This document shows, piece after piece, positions 19,749 through 33,564 of a DNA stretch of 64,000 nt; position 1 is the first letter of the stretch; the number at the start of each line of letters is the position of its first letter. This stretch comes from an uncultured Eubacteriales bacterium (GTDB lineage: Bacteria > Acidobacteriota > Aminicenantia > Aminicenantales > UBA8522). The position numbers and the translations under genes are program-made. The notes under the pieces are model-generated. The model saw nothing but the letters and a program-made list of their open reading frames with translations, was not told where the DNA came from and did not search any database. Location: positions 891-64,890 of the forward strand of contig CAYGXD010000003.1 of the NCBI GenBank assembly GCA_964353705.1, written 5' to 3'.

Positions 19749-20447
19749 ATGAAAACGATCGGCCTCGTCGGCGGGATGAGCTGGGAGTCGACCCTGGAGT
19801 ATTACCGGGTCATCAACCAATACACAAAAGAAAGGCTAGGCGGGTTCCACTCGGCCAAAATCGTCATGTACTCCGTGGACTTCGCCGAGGTGGAGGTCCG
19901 GCAGCACCAAGGGAAATGGGACGAGCTGACCAAGCTGATGATCGACGCCGCGCAGAGGGTCGAGCGGGCCGGAGCGGACGTGCTCGTCATCTGCGCCAAC
20001 ACCATGCACAAGATGGCCGGGGACATCGGGAAGAATATCCGTATCCCCATACTGCACATCGGAGACATCACCGCCGGAGCGGTCAAGGCGAGCTCCATCC
20101 AAAAGGTCGGACTCCTGGGAACCCGGTTCACCATGGAGCAGGATTTCTACAAGCAGAGGTTGATCCAAAAGCACGGGCTCGAGGTCATCATCCCCGACGA
20201 AAAGGAAAGAGACGAGATCCACGGCATTCTCTACAATGAGCTCTGCCTGGGGGAGATAAGGGAGATTTCGAGAGAAACGTTCCGGAGGATCATCGCCAAC
20301 CTGGAAGCCCGAGGCGCCCAAGGCATCATCCTGGGCTGCACCGAGATCCCTTTGTTGGTGAGTCAGGAAGATTACAAGATCCCGCTCTTCGACACGACAA
20401 CCCTCCATGCCCGGGCGGCCGTGGATTTTGCTTTGAGCGGCTCTTGA
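19749..20447 (+). CDS. aspartate/glutamate/hydantoin racemase family protein (aspartate racemase-like)
   Basis: RBS GAGGAG lies 6 nt before ATG 19749 (MKTIGLVGGMSWESTLEYY). Two-Cys racemase pattern (VICANTMH ... ILGCTEIPLL). Confidence 0.7.
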   Translation: MKTIGLVGGMSWESTLEYYRVINQYTKERLGGFHSAKIVMYSVDFAEVEVRQHQGKWDELTKLMIDAAQRVERAGADVLVICANTMHKMAGDIGKNIRIPILHIGDITAGAVKASSIQKVGLLGTRFTMEQDFYKQRLIQKHGLEVIIPDEKERDEIHGILYNELCLGEIREISRETFRRIIANLEARGAQGIILGCTEIPLLVSQEDYKIPLFDTTTLHARAAVDFALSGS

Positions 20448-20501
20448 AAAATCCCCGGATTGCCTTCACAATAGGATTCCTTTGGAGACGCCGATGGCCG
20501 G

Positions 20502-21698
<1,197 letters not shown>

Positions 21699-21708
21699 GG
21701 ATAAGCCG

Positions 21709-22587
21709 ATGAGAAGGGAGGGGCGCCGGAAGTTCCGGGAAATCCTGGTCTCCTTTCCCTCTCTTTTCTGGCTCTCCCTGTTCTTCATCGTCCCCACGCT
21801 CTTCGTTTTCGCCATAGCTCTGAAGCCGGCCAATCCTTACGGCGGCATCGGTCCGGGCTGGACCTGGGACAACTTCCGTTCGCTGGCCAACCCGAACTAT
21901 CTCACCGTGGCCTGGCGGACAGTCTGGATCAGCGTCGTCTCAGCCGCCGCCTGCATCGTCCTGGCGATACCTATCGGCTATTACCTGGCCAGAGTGTCCG
22001 CCCGCTGGAGAAGTATTTTCCTCATGCTGATCATCGTTCCTTTTTGGACGAATTTCCTCATCCGGATCTTCGCCTGGAAAGTCCTCCTCCATCCGGAGGG
22101 CGTCATTAAGAAGGCCCTCGCTTTCGCAGGCCTCGTCGGGTCCCAGACTTCCCTCCTCTACAACGCCGAGGCCGTTGTTCTCGTCACCGTGTACACGTTT
22201 TTGCCGTTCACTATCCTGCCGATCTATGCCGCCGCGGAGAAGTTCGACTTCCAGCTGCTTGAGGCCGCCCGGGACCTCGGGGCCAGGCGCTTCCAGGCTT
22301 TCATCAAGGTTTTCCTTCCGGGTATCCGCCGCGGGCTTGTCACCGCCCTTTTATTTGTCTTCATCCCGGCCCTGGGATCATATGTCATTCCCGATATCGT
22401 CGGCGGCCCGGGCGGCGAGATGATCGGCAATAAAATCGCCCAGCGGGTCTTTGTCGACCGCAATCTTCCCCGGGCCGGCGCTCTGTCAGTGATCCTGATC
22501 CTGTCCGTCCTGGCCCCGTTGCTGGCCGTCCTGGTCATGCAGCGGAAAAGAGAGAAGCCCGGGTCCCTGCTCTCGGTGAACCGATGA
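21709..22587 (+). CDS. potB: polyamine ABC transporter permease
   Basis: ATG 21709 with GAGGA RBS immediately after the potA stop. Six TM segments and the EAA-like loop EAARDLGARRFQAFIKVFLP. The track ORF from 21496 is an unsupported upstream extension. Confidence 0.75.
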   Translation: MRREGRRKFREILVSFPSLFWLSLFFIVPTLFVFAIALKPANPYGGIGPGWTWDNFRSLANPNYLTVAWRTVWISVVSAAACIVLAIPIGYYLARVSARWRSIFLMLIIVPFWTNFLIRIFAWKVLLHPEGVIKKALAFAGLVGSQTSLLYNAEAVVLVTVYTFLPFTILPIYAAAEKFDFQLLEAARDLGARRFQAFIKVFLPGIRRGLVTALLFVFIPALGSYVIPDIVGGPGGEMIGNKIAQRVFVDRNLPRAGALSVILILSVLAPLLAVLVMQRKREKPGSLLSVNR

Positions 22588-23369
22588 GGCGCAGCCGCTG
22601 GCCCTTTGTCTTGACCCTGGCAGTACTCTTCTTTTTTTATCTCCCCATCATCATCCTGATCGTGAATTCGTTCAATGCTTCCCGGTTCGAGAGCGGCTGG
22701 CAGGGTTTTTCCCTGATGTGGTACAAGCGCCTCTTCCACGAACCGGAGATCTGGCGCGCAGCCAAGAACTCACTCCTCATTGCGGCCGGGGCCACAGCAG
22801 TATCCCTCATCATAGGGACGACCGCGGCTGTCGCCCTCCACCGCTTTGCCCGCAGCCGGCTGCAGCGCTTTCATTTCGGCCTCGTCTACACCCCGCTCGT
22901 CGTCCCGGAGATCCTGACGGGCATCAGCCTGCTCATGCTCTTCGTCGCCGCGGGAGTCGAACTGGGCCTCTTCACGATCTTCCTGGCCCACGTGACTTTT
23001 TGCATCAGTTTTGTCGCCATGACCGTGCTGGCCCGGCTTCAGGACTTCGATGAGTCGATCGTCGAGGCAGCCAGGGACCTGGGGGCGGGCTGGTGGGCGA
23101 CGGCCCGGCGGGTCCTCCTCCCCATGCTGCTTCCCGGTCTCATCGCCGGAGGGCTGCTGGCGTTCACCCTGTCCATTGACGATTTCGTCATCACCTTTTT
23201 TGTCGCCGGACCCGGCTCGACGACCCTGCCCATCCGGGTCTACAGCATGATAAAATTCGGGTCGCCGCCCCTGATCAACGCCCTCTCCACGATCCTCCTC
23301 GTTCTCACCTTTACGGCTGTGGCCGCGAGTCAACGGATATCCGGTTCGCGGCGTGCGGGGGCAAAATGA
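22584..23369 (+). CDS. potC: polyamine ABC transporter permease
   Basis: ATGA overlap with potB. EAARDLGAGWWATARRVLLP permease signature. 261 aa. Confidence 0.75.
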   Translation: MRRSRWPFVLTLAVLFFFYLPIIILIVNSFNASRFESGWQGFSLMWYKRLFHEPEIWRAAKNSLLIAAGATAVSLIIGTTAAVALHRFARSRLQRFHFGLVYTPLVVPEILTGISLLMLFVAAGVELGLFTIFLAHVTFCISFVAMTVLARLQDFDESIVEAARDLGAGWWATARRVLLPMLLPGLIAGGLLAFTLSIDDFVITFFVAGPGSTTLPIRVYSMIKFGSPPLINALSTILLVLTFTAVAASQRISGSRRAGAK

Positions 23370-24430
23370 ACAATCCACGGACTTGGAAATCGACGGCTAT
23401 TCTGGCCGCCGTCATCTGTTGCGGAGTGTTTGCGGCCGCGTTCCTCATCTGCTGCGGCCAAAGCGCCCGGACGCTGCACATTTACACTTGGGCCGATTAC
23501 TTCAAGCCCGCCCTCGTCGCCCGGTTTGAAAAGCAGAACGGCTGCCGTGTCGTCATCGACACCTATGATTCCAACGAGACCATGTACGCCAAGATCAAGG
23601 CTGGGGCCCGGGGGTACGACCTCCTGACACCGACGAGCTATATGGTCAGCCTGATGGATTCCCAGGGCATGGTCCTGAAGCTCGACCGCGGGCTGCTCCC
23701 GAACCTGGTCCATATCGACCCCGAATATCTGGATCTGGCGGTCGATAAGAACATGGACCATTCCGTCCCCTACATGATCGTCAATACGGGCATCGCCTAT
23801 CTCGGAAGCCGGGTCAACGACTTCGAACCGTCCTGGGCCATGTTCGACCGGACAGACTTGAAGGGTCGCATGACCATGCTCAACGACATGAGGGAAACGA
23901 TCGGCGCCGGACTCAAATTTCTCGGCTACAGCATCAACTCGACGAATGAGACGGAACTTGCGGCAGCCAAAGAATTGGTCATCCGCTGGAAGAGGAATAT
24001 CGCCAAGTACGAGAACGAGCAGTACAAGACCGGAGTCGCTTCGGGGGAATTTCTTCTCGTCCAGGGCTACAGCGGAGACATCCTGCAGGTGCAGCAGGAA
24101 AACCCGGATGTCCGGTTTGCCGTGCCCCGGGAGGGGACCACGATTTCCGTCGACGATCTGATCATCCCCGAGGGCGCCAAAGAGATTAGCTTAGCCCATG
24201 CCTTCATCAACTTCCTTCATGACCCGGAGGTGGCGGCGGAAAATATCGCCTTTCTGAGATACCTTTGTCCCAATAAGGACGCCTATGCCCTGCTGGCCGA
24301 GGGCCTGAGGAGAAATCCGGGCATTTTCATGGACCCCGACATCAGGGCCCGGAGCGAGATCATCGCCAACCTGGGGGAGGCGAACGCACTCTACATCAAG
24401 ATCTGGGACGAGATCAAAGCCGCGAAATAG
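23366..24430 (+). CDS. potD: polyamine ABC transporter periplasmic substrate-binding protein
   Basis: ATGA overlap with potC. Signal/anchor AILAAVICCGVFAAAFLICCG. PotD/PotF-like solute-binding fold, 354 aa. Confidence 0.7.
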   Translation: MNNPRTWKSTAILAAVICCGVFAAAFLICCGQSARTLHIYTWADYFKPALVARFEKQNGCRVVIDTYDSNETMYAKIKAGARGYDLLTPTSYMVSLMDSQGMVLKLDRGLLPNLVHIDPEYLDLAVDKNMDHSVPYMIVNTGIAYLGSRVNDFEPSWAMFDRTDLKGRMTMLNDMRETIGAGLKFLGYSINSTNETELAAAKELVIRWKRNIAKYENEQYKTGVASGEFLLVQGYSGDILQVQQENPDVRFAVPREGTTISVDDLIIPEGAKEISLAHAFINFLHDPEVAAENIAFLRYLCPNKDAYALLAEGLRRNPGIFMDPDIRARSEIIANLGEANALYIKIWDEIKAAK

Positions 24431-24445
24431 GCCGAACCCAAAGCC

Positions 24446-27802
<3,357 letters not shown>

Positions 27803-27804
27803 CT

Positions 27805-28821
27805 ATGAATCAGGAGAGAGTTTGGGCGGCCGCCGTTTGCGCGATCCTGGCAGGCGTTGTCGGGATTCACTGTTCGGCGGCCCGTCCCGGCAGGGAAGCC
27901 GGAGGCGACAACGGCTTGTTGAAAAAGGAGACGGAGATGACCAGGAAGATTCAGAAGACCGACAAAGAGTGGAAGGAAACCCTGACCCCGGAGCAATACC
28001 GGGTCTTGCGCCAGGCCGGGACCGAAAGGCCGTTCTCCGGAAAATATGATGATCATCAGGAAGAGGGCAGCTACGCCTGCGGCGCCTGCGGGTCCCGGCT
28101 GTTCACTTCAGAGACGAAATATGATCACGGCTTGGGCTGGCCCAGCTTCAAGGCCCCCATCGAAAAGGACCGCTTGGAGTTCCGGGAGGATCGTTCTCAC
28201 GGCATGGTCCGGACTGAGGTCCGCTGCGCCGCCTGTGGTTCCCATCTCGGTCATGTCTTTAATGACGGCCCGGCCCCGACAGGTGAGCACTACTGCATCA
28301 ACTCGATCGCCCTGGATTTCCTCCCGGCCGAAAGGCCCGAGGAGACGAAAAAAGCGGGGACGGAATCAGCCGTCTTCGCCGCCGGATGCTTCTGGGGGGT
28401 GGAGGACAAGTTCCTCCGGGTCAAGGGTGTTCTTTCCACCCGCGTCGGCTACAGCGGCGGTCATACCAAGGACCCGACCTACCAGAAGGTCTGCTCGGAC
28501 ACCACCGGTCACGCCGAATCCGTCGAAGTCGTCTTCGACCCAGAGGCGGTCAGCTACAAGGAGCTCCTGGAGGCCTTCTTCAGGTTCCATGACCCGACAC
28601 AAGTCAACCGGCAGGGGCCTGATGAGGGGACCCAATACAGATCGGCGATTTTCTATCTGGACGAGACCCAAAAAGAAGCCGCCCTCAAGGCGATAGAAGC
28701 CCTGAACAAATCCGGCCGGTTTGAACAGCCCATAGCCACTCATGTCCTTCCCGCATCCGAGTTCTACCAGGCTGAGGATTACCACCAGAAGTACTACGAA
28801 AAACTGCGCACCAGGAAGTAG
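27805..28821 (+). CDS. msrBA: fused peptide-methionine sulfoxide reductase MsrB-MsrA, secreted/periplasmic
   Basis: GAGGAG lies 5 nt before ATG 27805, then a signal-like N-terminus. MsrB zinc and catalytic motifs CGACGSRLF...CAACGSHLGHVFNDGP, followed by MsrA AVFAAGCFWGVE...YHQKYY. Confidence 0.8.
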   Translation: MNQERVWAAAVCAILAGVVGIHCSAARPGREAGGDNGLLKKETEMTRKIQKTDKEWKETLTPEQYRVLRQAGTERPFSGKYDDHQEEGSYACGACGSRLFTSETKYDHGLGWPSFKAPIEKDRLEFREDRSHGMVRTEVRCAACGSHLGHVFNDGPAPTGEHYCINSIALDFLPAERPEETKKAGTESAVFAAGCFWGVEDKFLRVKGVLSTRVGYSGGHTKDPTYQKVCSDTTGHAESVEVVFDPEAVSYKELLEAFFRFHDPTQVNRQGPDEGTQYRSAIFYLDETQKEAALKAIEALNKSGRFEQPIATHVLPASEFYQAEDYHQKYYEKLRTRK

Positions 28822-28889
28822 CAGTCCGGCCGGCCGGAGGCCGCATCTTGTCCCCCCGGCCGATAGGGTGTAAAATTGGGGAGAGTTCC

Positions 28890-30068
28890 ATGCGCATCAT
28901 CCTATTCACCGGAAAGGGAGGCGTGGGGAAGACGACCCTCGCCGCCTCGACCGCCCTCCTCTCGGCCCGCCAGGGCTACAAGACCCTGGTCATCTCCACG
29001 GACGCCGCCCACAGCCTCTCGGACTCCTTCGAGGTTCCGCTCGGCAACACTCCTCAGAGGATCACCTCCCGCCTCTTCGGGCAGGAGGTCAACGCCCTGG
29101 AGCAGATGGAGGCCAAGTGGGGCGACATCAAGTCCTATCTCACGGCTCTTTTCTCCTCCCAGGGAGTCAATTCGATCGAGGCCGAAGAGCTGAGCGTTTT
29201 CCCGGGTATGGAGGAGCTTTTCAGCCTGATGGAGATCCGCCGTTACCACAAGACCGCCGACTATGAGGTCGTCATAGTCGACTGCGCGCCGACCGGAGAC
29301 ACCCTCCGTCTCCTCAGCGCGCCGGAGATAACCAACTGGTATCTGAAGCATATCTTCCCCGTCCAGCGGACGGCGGCCAAAGCCGTCCGGCCCGTGGCCA
29401 GCCGGCTCCTCCCCTTCCCTTTTCCCGAGGACAGGGTTTTCGAGGCGATGAAGAAGCTGACCGGTGAGCTCGCCGAGATGAAGGAGATCCTCGAGGACGG
29501 CCGGACGACTTCGATCCGCCTCGTCGTCAACCCGGAAAAGATGGTCATCAAGGAGGCCCAGCGGGCCTATACGTTCTTCAGCCTCTTCGGCTACGCCGTC
29601 GATATGATTATCGTCAACCGGCTCCTTCCGGCGGCGGTGGAAGATCCCCATTTCCTCAAATGGAAAGCCATCCAGGAAAGCTACCTGCGGCTCATCGAGG
29701 AGAGTTTTTCGCCCATCCCCATATTCGCGGCCGAGCTGGCCGACCAGGAGGTCGTCGGGCGGGCTTCCCTCGAAAAAATGGGCGACGTAGTCTATCGGGG
29801 CAAGGACCCGGCCGGGCTCTTCTTCGCGCAGAAACCCCTTCAAATCGAGAAGGAAGACGGCTGTTTCGTCCTTTCCCTGCATCTGCCCTTTGTTGAAAAG
29901 GGCGACCTTGATCTCTTCCAAAAAGGAGAAGAGCTCTTTATCAAGGTGGGTCCTTTAAAAAGGAATATCCTGCTTCCCCGGGTTATCCTGAATCACTCGA
30001 TCCGGGGGGCCAAGTTCGTCGAGGAAAGGCTGAAGATCACATTCGATCCTGACCGCAAGGAGGCGTGA
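28890..30068 (+). CDS. ArsA/GET3-family P-loop ATPase with C-terminal HSP20-like domain
   Basis: GGGGAG RBS before ATG 28890. FTGKGGVGKTTLAASTAL deviant Walker A, DTAPTGDTLRLL switch region, and a C-terminal ~90 aa beta-rich tail (FVLSLHLPFVEKGDLDLFQKGEELFIKVG). Confidence 0.75.
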   Translation: MRIILFTGKGGVGKTTLAASTALLSARQGYKTLVISTDAAHSLSDSFEVPLGNTPQRITSRLFGQEVNALEQMEAKWGDIKSYLTALFSSQGVNSIEAEELSVFPGMEELFSLMEIRRYHKTADYEVVIVDCAPTGDTLRLLSAPEITNWYLKHIFPVQRTAAKAVRPVASRLLPFPFPEDRVFEAMKKLTGELAEMKEILEDGRTTSIRLVVNPEKMVIKEAQRAYTFFSLFGYAVDMIIVNRLLPAAVEDPHFLKWKAIQESYLRLIEESFSPIPIFAAELADQEVVGRASLEKMGDVVYRGKDPAGLFFAQKPLQIEKEDGCFVLSLHLPFVEKGDLDLFQKGEELFIKVGPLKRNILLPRVILNHSIRGAKFVEERLKITFDPDRKEA

Positions 30069-30070
30069 GC

Positions 30071-30280
30071 ATGGCGGCCGATAAAACGCGGGAAATCAAG
30101 ATCTCCCTGCCGGAAGAGCTGTTCACCCTGTTCCTCCCTCTCCAGGCTCAGGAACACCTGTTCAAGGCAAGGAAGGAAGTGCTCCTGGCTATCCGCTCGG
30201 TCATCGATGCCCGGCTTGAAGCGCTCGAAAAGCGAAGCTCCGGGAAGGCCGAGACAAAGCGGAAGATCAAGGTCGAGTAG
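30071..30280 (+). CDS. small hypothetical protein (69 aa, helical, Lys/Glu-rich) translationally coupled to the ArsA-like ATPase
   Basis: AAGGAGG lies 8 nt before ATG 30071, 3 nt after the ATPase stop. No recognisable domain. Confidence 0.4.
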   Translation: MAADKTREIKISLPEELFTLFLPLQAQEHLFKARKEVLLAIRSVIDARLEALEKRSSGKAETKRKIKVE

Positions 30281-30343
30281 CAGATTCCGCTTGATTCCCG
30301 GCCGGTCTTTAGGGCATTATTATACTCTGATTTTCTTACGACA

Positions 30344-31009
30344 ATGACTGAAACCGCCGCATCAACTCGCCCCCCGAACGCCCGGCTCCTGAGAGTCATC
30401 CCCAAAAGGTGGGAGGACGGCTTTGTCAACTCCCTGGCTAGGCTGTCCGATGTCCTTGTCCGCCTCGACATCAATCCCAACCTCATCACTTTTCTGGCCT
30501 TGTTGGCCGGCCTGGCCGCCGGCGTTCTCTTCGCCTTCCATCACCCGGGCTGGGCGGTTGTCCTGATCTTTGTCTGCGGCGCCTTGGATGTCATCGACGG
30601 GAAAGTCGCGGTCAAGTCCAAGAAACAAACCCTGTACGGCGCCATCTTCGACTCGACGCTCGACCGCTACTCGGAATTTTTTATTTATTTGGGCCTGGCC
30701 TATTATTTTCGGGGCCGCTGGCCGATGTGGATCCCCTATTTCACCTTTCTGGGCTCGACCATGGTCAGCTACACGCGGGCCCGGGCCGAGGGCCTGGGCA
30801 TCGAATGCAAGGTCGGGTTCATGCAGCGGGCCGAGCGGATGATCCTTCTCGTCCTGGGCACCCTCATCGGGACGATCTTCAAAGTCTTCGACCCGGCGAT
30901 GATCGCGGTCCTGACCGCGATCGCCGTCATCTCCAATTTCACCGCCATTGAAAGAACTCTCCTCGTGAAAAAGATCGAAAAGCAAAGGAATAAAGACAAG
31001 GAGGTCTGA
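30344..31009 (+). CDS. CDP-alcohol phosphatidyltransferase (phosphatidylinositol-phosphate synthase-like)
   Basis: Signature D-G-x2-A-R-x8-G-x3-D-x3-D present as [27 protein letters not shown]. 221 aa with about 6 TM helices, size and topology like PgsA1-type PIP synthases. Confidence 0.75.
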   Translation: MTETAASTRPPNARLLRVIPKRWEDGFVNSLARLSDVLVRLDINPNLITFLALLAGLAAGVLFAFHHPGWAVVLIFVCGALDVIDGKVAVKSKKQTLYGAIFDSTLDRYSEFFIYLGLAYYFRGRWPMWIPYFTFLGSTMVSYTRARAEGLGIECKVGFMQRAERMILLVLGTLIGTIFKVFDPAMIAVLTAIAVISNFTAIERTLLVKKIEKQRNKDKEV

Positions 31010-31013
31010 ACTC

Positions 31014-32147
31014 ATGGACAAAATCAGAGTGGCCATCATCGGGGTAGGCAATTGCGCCTGTTCGCTCGTCCAGGGGATCGAATATTACAAAAACGCCAAG
31101 GAAGGGGATTTCATCCCCGGTATCATGCACGTCAACCTGGGCGGCTATCATATCCGGGACGTCGAGTTCGTGGCCGCCTTCGACATCGACAAGAACAAGG
31201 TCGGCAAGGACCTGAGCGAGGCGGCTTTCACGTCGCCCAACAACACCAAGAAATTCGCGGAAGTCCCCTTCAAGAACGTCAGGGTCAAACGGGGCATGAC
31301 CCATGACGGCCTGGGCAAGTACCTCTCCCAGATCATCCAGAAAGCGCCGGGCGCCACGGCCGACATCATCTCCATCCTCAGGGAGACAAAAACCGACGTC
31401 GTGGTGAGCTATCTCCCGGTCGGGAGCGAAGAGGCCACCAAGTGGTACGTGGAGCAGGTCCTCGAGGCCGGCTGCGCCTTCATCAACTGCATCCCGGTGT
31501 TCATCGCCAGCGAGAGATACTGGCAGAAACGGTTTGAGGACCGCGGCCTTCCGATCATCGGCGACGACATCAAATCGCAGGTCGGGGCCACCATCCTCCA
31601 CCGCACCCTGGTCAACCTCTACCTGGACCGCGGCATGCCCATCGACCGGACCTATCAGCTGAACACGGGGGGAAATACCGACTTTCTCAACATGCTGGAG
31701 CGGGAAAGGCTGCAATCCAAGAAGATCTCCAAGACGAACGCCGTGACTTCCCAGATCAGGGCCCGCGGCCAGAGCATAGACGCCGACAACATCCACGTCG
31801 GCCCGAGCGACTATGTCCCCTGGCAGAAGGACAACAAGCTCTGCTTCCTGCGCATCGAGAGCCGCCATTTCGGCGATGTCCCGACGTATCTCGACTGCCG
31901 TTTGTCGGTCGAGGACTCGCCGAACTCCGCTGGGGTCGTCATCGACGCCATCCGCTGCGCGAAGCTGGCCCTGAACAGCGGGGTTTCGGGAGCGCTCTAT
32001 GCACCCTCGTCCTACTTCATGAAATCGCCGCCGCAGCAGTACACCGACACCGAAGCCAGAGACCTGACCGGGAAATTCATTGCCCGGTACGCTAAAAAAG
32101 AAGCGAAGCGTCCGGCCCGGAAAAAGGCCGCGCCGAAAAAGAAATAG
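31014..32147 (+). CDS. ino1: myo-inositol-1-phosphate synthase (archaeal/bacterial short form)
   Basis: N-terminus [26 protein letters not shown] (NAD-binding). Further MIPS-like blocks [20 protein letters not shown] and [12 protein letters not shown]. An unusual Lys-rich C-terminal tail [14 protein letters not shown]. Confidence 0.75.
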   Translation: MDKIRVAIIGVGNCACSLVQGIEYYKNAKEGDFIPGIMHVNLGGYHIRDVEFVAAFDIDKNKVGKDLSEAAFTSPNNTKKFAEVPFKNVRVKRGMTHDGLGKYLSQIIQKAPGATADIISILRETKTDVVVSYLPVGSEEATKWYVEQVLEAGCAFINCIPVFIASERYWQKRFEDRGLPIIGDDIKSQVGATILHRTLVNLYLDRGMPIDRTYQLNTGGNTDFLNMLERERLQSKKISKTNAVTSQIRARGQSIDADNIHVGPSDYVPWQKDNKLCFLRIESRHFGDVPTYLDCRLSVEDSPNSAGVVIDAIRCAKLALNSGVSGALYAPSSYFMKSPPQQYTDTEARDLTGKFIARYAKKEAKRPARKKAAPKKK

Positions 32148-32211
32148 CCTTTCTTTGCTCTCAGCTTTGAACTCCTTGGGCAAGTCCGGTATAATCCGCG
32201 TCCCTTTCCTC

Positions 32212-33531
32212 ATGCGAAGTACCCGCTTTCTTCTTGTGTTGTTTTCCCTGGCCGGGGTCACCCGGGCTCAAGACCCCGCCGCTTCACCCTCGACCTATCG
32301 GGCATCCGCCAGCCTGGAAGGCGGCGTGGAGTCCGCCCAAAGGCGCTATATCCGGCCGCAGCTCGGGTTCGAATTCCCTTTGCGTTTCGGCCGGATCTTT
32401 ACCGATCTGGACTACTACCACCGCACGAACGGCGACCTCGAAGGAGAGATCGATTTTTGGGTGGACGTCGGGCTCAGAAGCCCGCTTTCTCCCCATTCCG
32501 AAATGGAAGTGCTCCTCCAGCACTTCTGCCGTCACAAGACATCCCTTGACTATCCCGTAGTCCTGGATATCAACGAGCTCTTGGCCCGCTACTGGTATCT
32601 GGCTGGAAGCCTCAAGCTCGGGTTCGGCGGCGGCACCTACCTCGGAACAAGCAATCATTATGATAATCTGCTTGTCCTGAACGTGGCCTGGTCCCGGATC
32701 TTCCGCTCTGAGCTTTCCGTCACGGCGGAAGTCAAGTGGGTCGATTTCCAGGAGCTTCTCTATGACTTCGAGCTCGCCATCGGGCTGGACTCGAGCGTCG
32801 ACCTCGTCGCCCGCCTCACCCGGCATTATGTCTATCCGCCGACCACCTATTTCGGCCTGCGCTTCAATTCTCATGACGCGGCGGAGGAGTGGATTGATCA
32901 ATTCCGGTTTCGGGGCGGGCTCCTTCCCGACGATGAGACCCGGAAAGTCTTTGCGGCGCTCGAGTTCAGCCTGCATTTTTTTGAGAAACCCCTCAGTCAG
33001 CTTCTTCTGACCCTGACCGGGGACATTCCGATTGAAAGGGGGAAGGCGTTCCTGGCCACCTTCCATCCGGAGGAGATCAAGTACCGGGCCGATGCCGTCT
33101 ACGAAAGGCGGCTCCGCCCGGACGTGTACGTATTTGGATACGGCCGCTATGATCTGCACATGCCGGTTGACGTGGCCCAACGGTTCGACTCGAGCTTCGG
33201 CCTCGGGCTGGGGCTTAAGAATCAGACGTACTTCAAGAAATTGGAGCGGAGCTTCAGGTATATCGTTTTCGCGGGCCGGAACTACAGCCACAGCTATGAT
33301 ATCGGAATGGCCGTCGGTCTCAATACGACCGGGAAGCCGGTCAATATCGGAGGGGACCTCCAGATGGACTTCAAGTCCGGCGAATTCCACGTGCTTTACG
33401 AGATCTTCGTTGAAGCCGGGAGAACGCCCAAGGTCAGGCCGTTTTTGGCATTCGAGCAGATAGCCGCGGAGACCAGAAACAAATCATTCCCCCGGTTCCT
33501 GTTCGGCGTCGAGCTCTATGCCTGGCATTGA
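32212..33531 (+). CDS. secreted hypothetical protein, possible outer-membrane beta-barrel
   Basis: Signal peptide MRSTRFLLVLFSLAGVTRAQ. Alternating hydrophobic/aromatic beta-strand-like periodicity, C-terminal ...FGVELYAWH. TATAAT lies ~17 nt upstream of the ATG with no SD. Confidence 0.4.
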   Translation: MRSTRFLLVLFSLAGVTRAQDPAASPSTYRASASLEGGVESAQRRYIRPQLGFEFPLRFGRIFTDLDYYHRTNGDLEGEIDFWVDVGLRSPLSPHSEMEVLLQHFCRHKTSLDYPVVLDINELLARYWYLAGSLKLGFGGGTYLGTSNHYDNLLVLNVAWSRIFRSELSVTAEVKWVDFQELLYDFELAIGLDSSVDLVARLTRHYVYPPTTYFGLRFNSHDAAEEWIDQFRFRGGLLPDDETRKVFAALEFSLHFFEKPLSQLLLTLTGDIPIERGKAFLATFHPEEIKYRADAVYERRLRPDVYVFGYGRYDLHMPVDVAQRFDSSFGLGLGLKNQTYFKKLERSFRYIVFAGRNYSHSYDIGMAVGLNTTGKPVNIGGDLQMDFKSGEFHVLYEIFVEAGRTPKVRPFLAFEQIAAETRNKSFPRFLFGVELYAWH

Positions 33532-33564
33532 GGGGACAATTATTCAACCGCCCCCGAACAGCGC

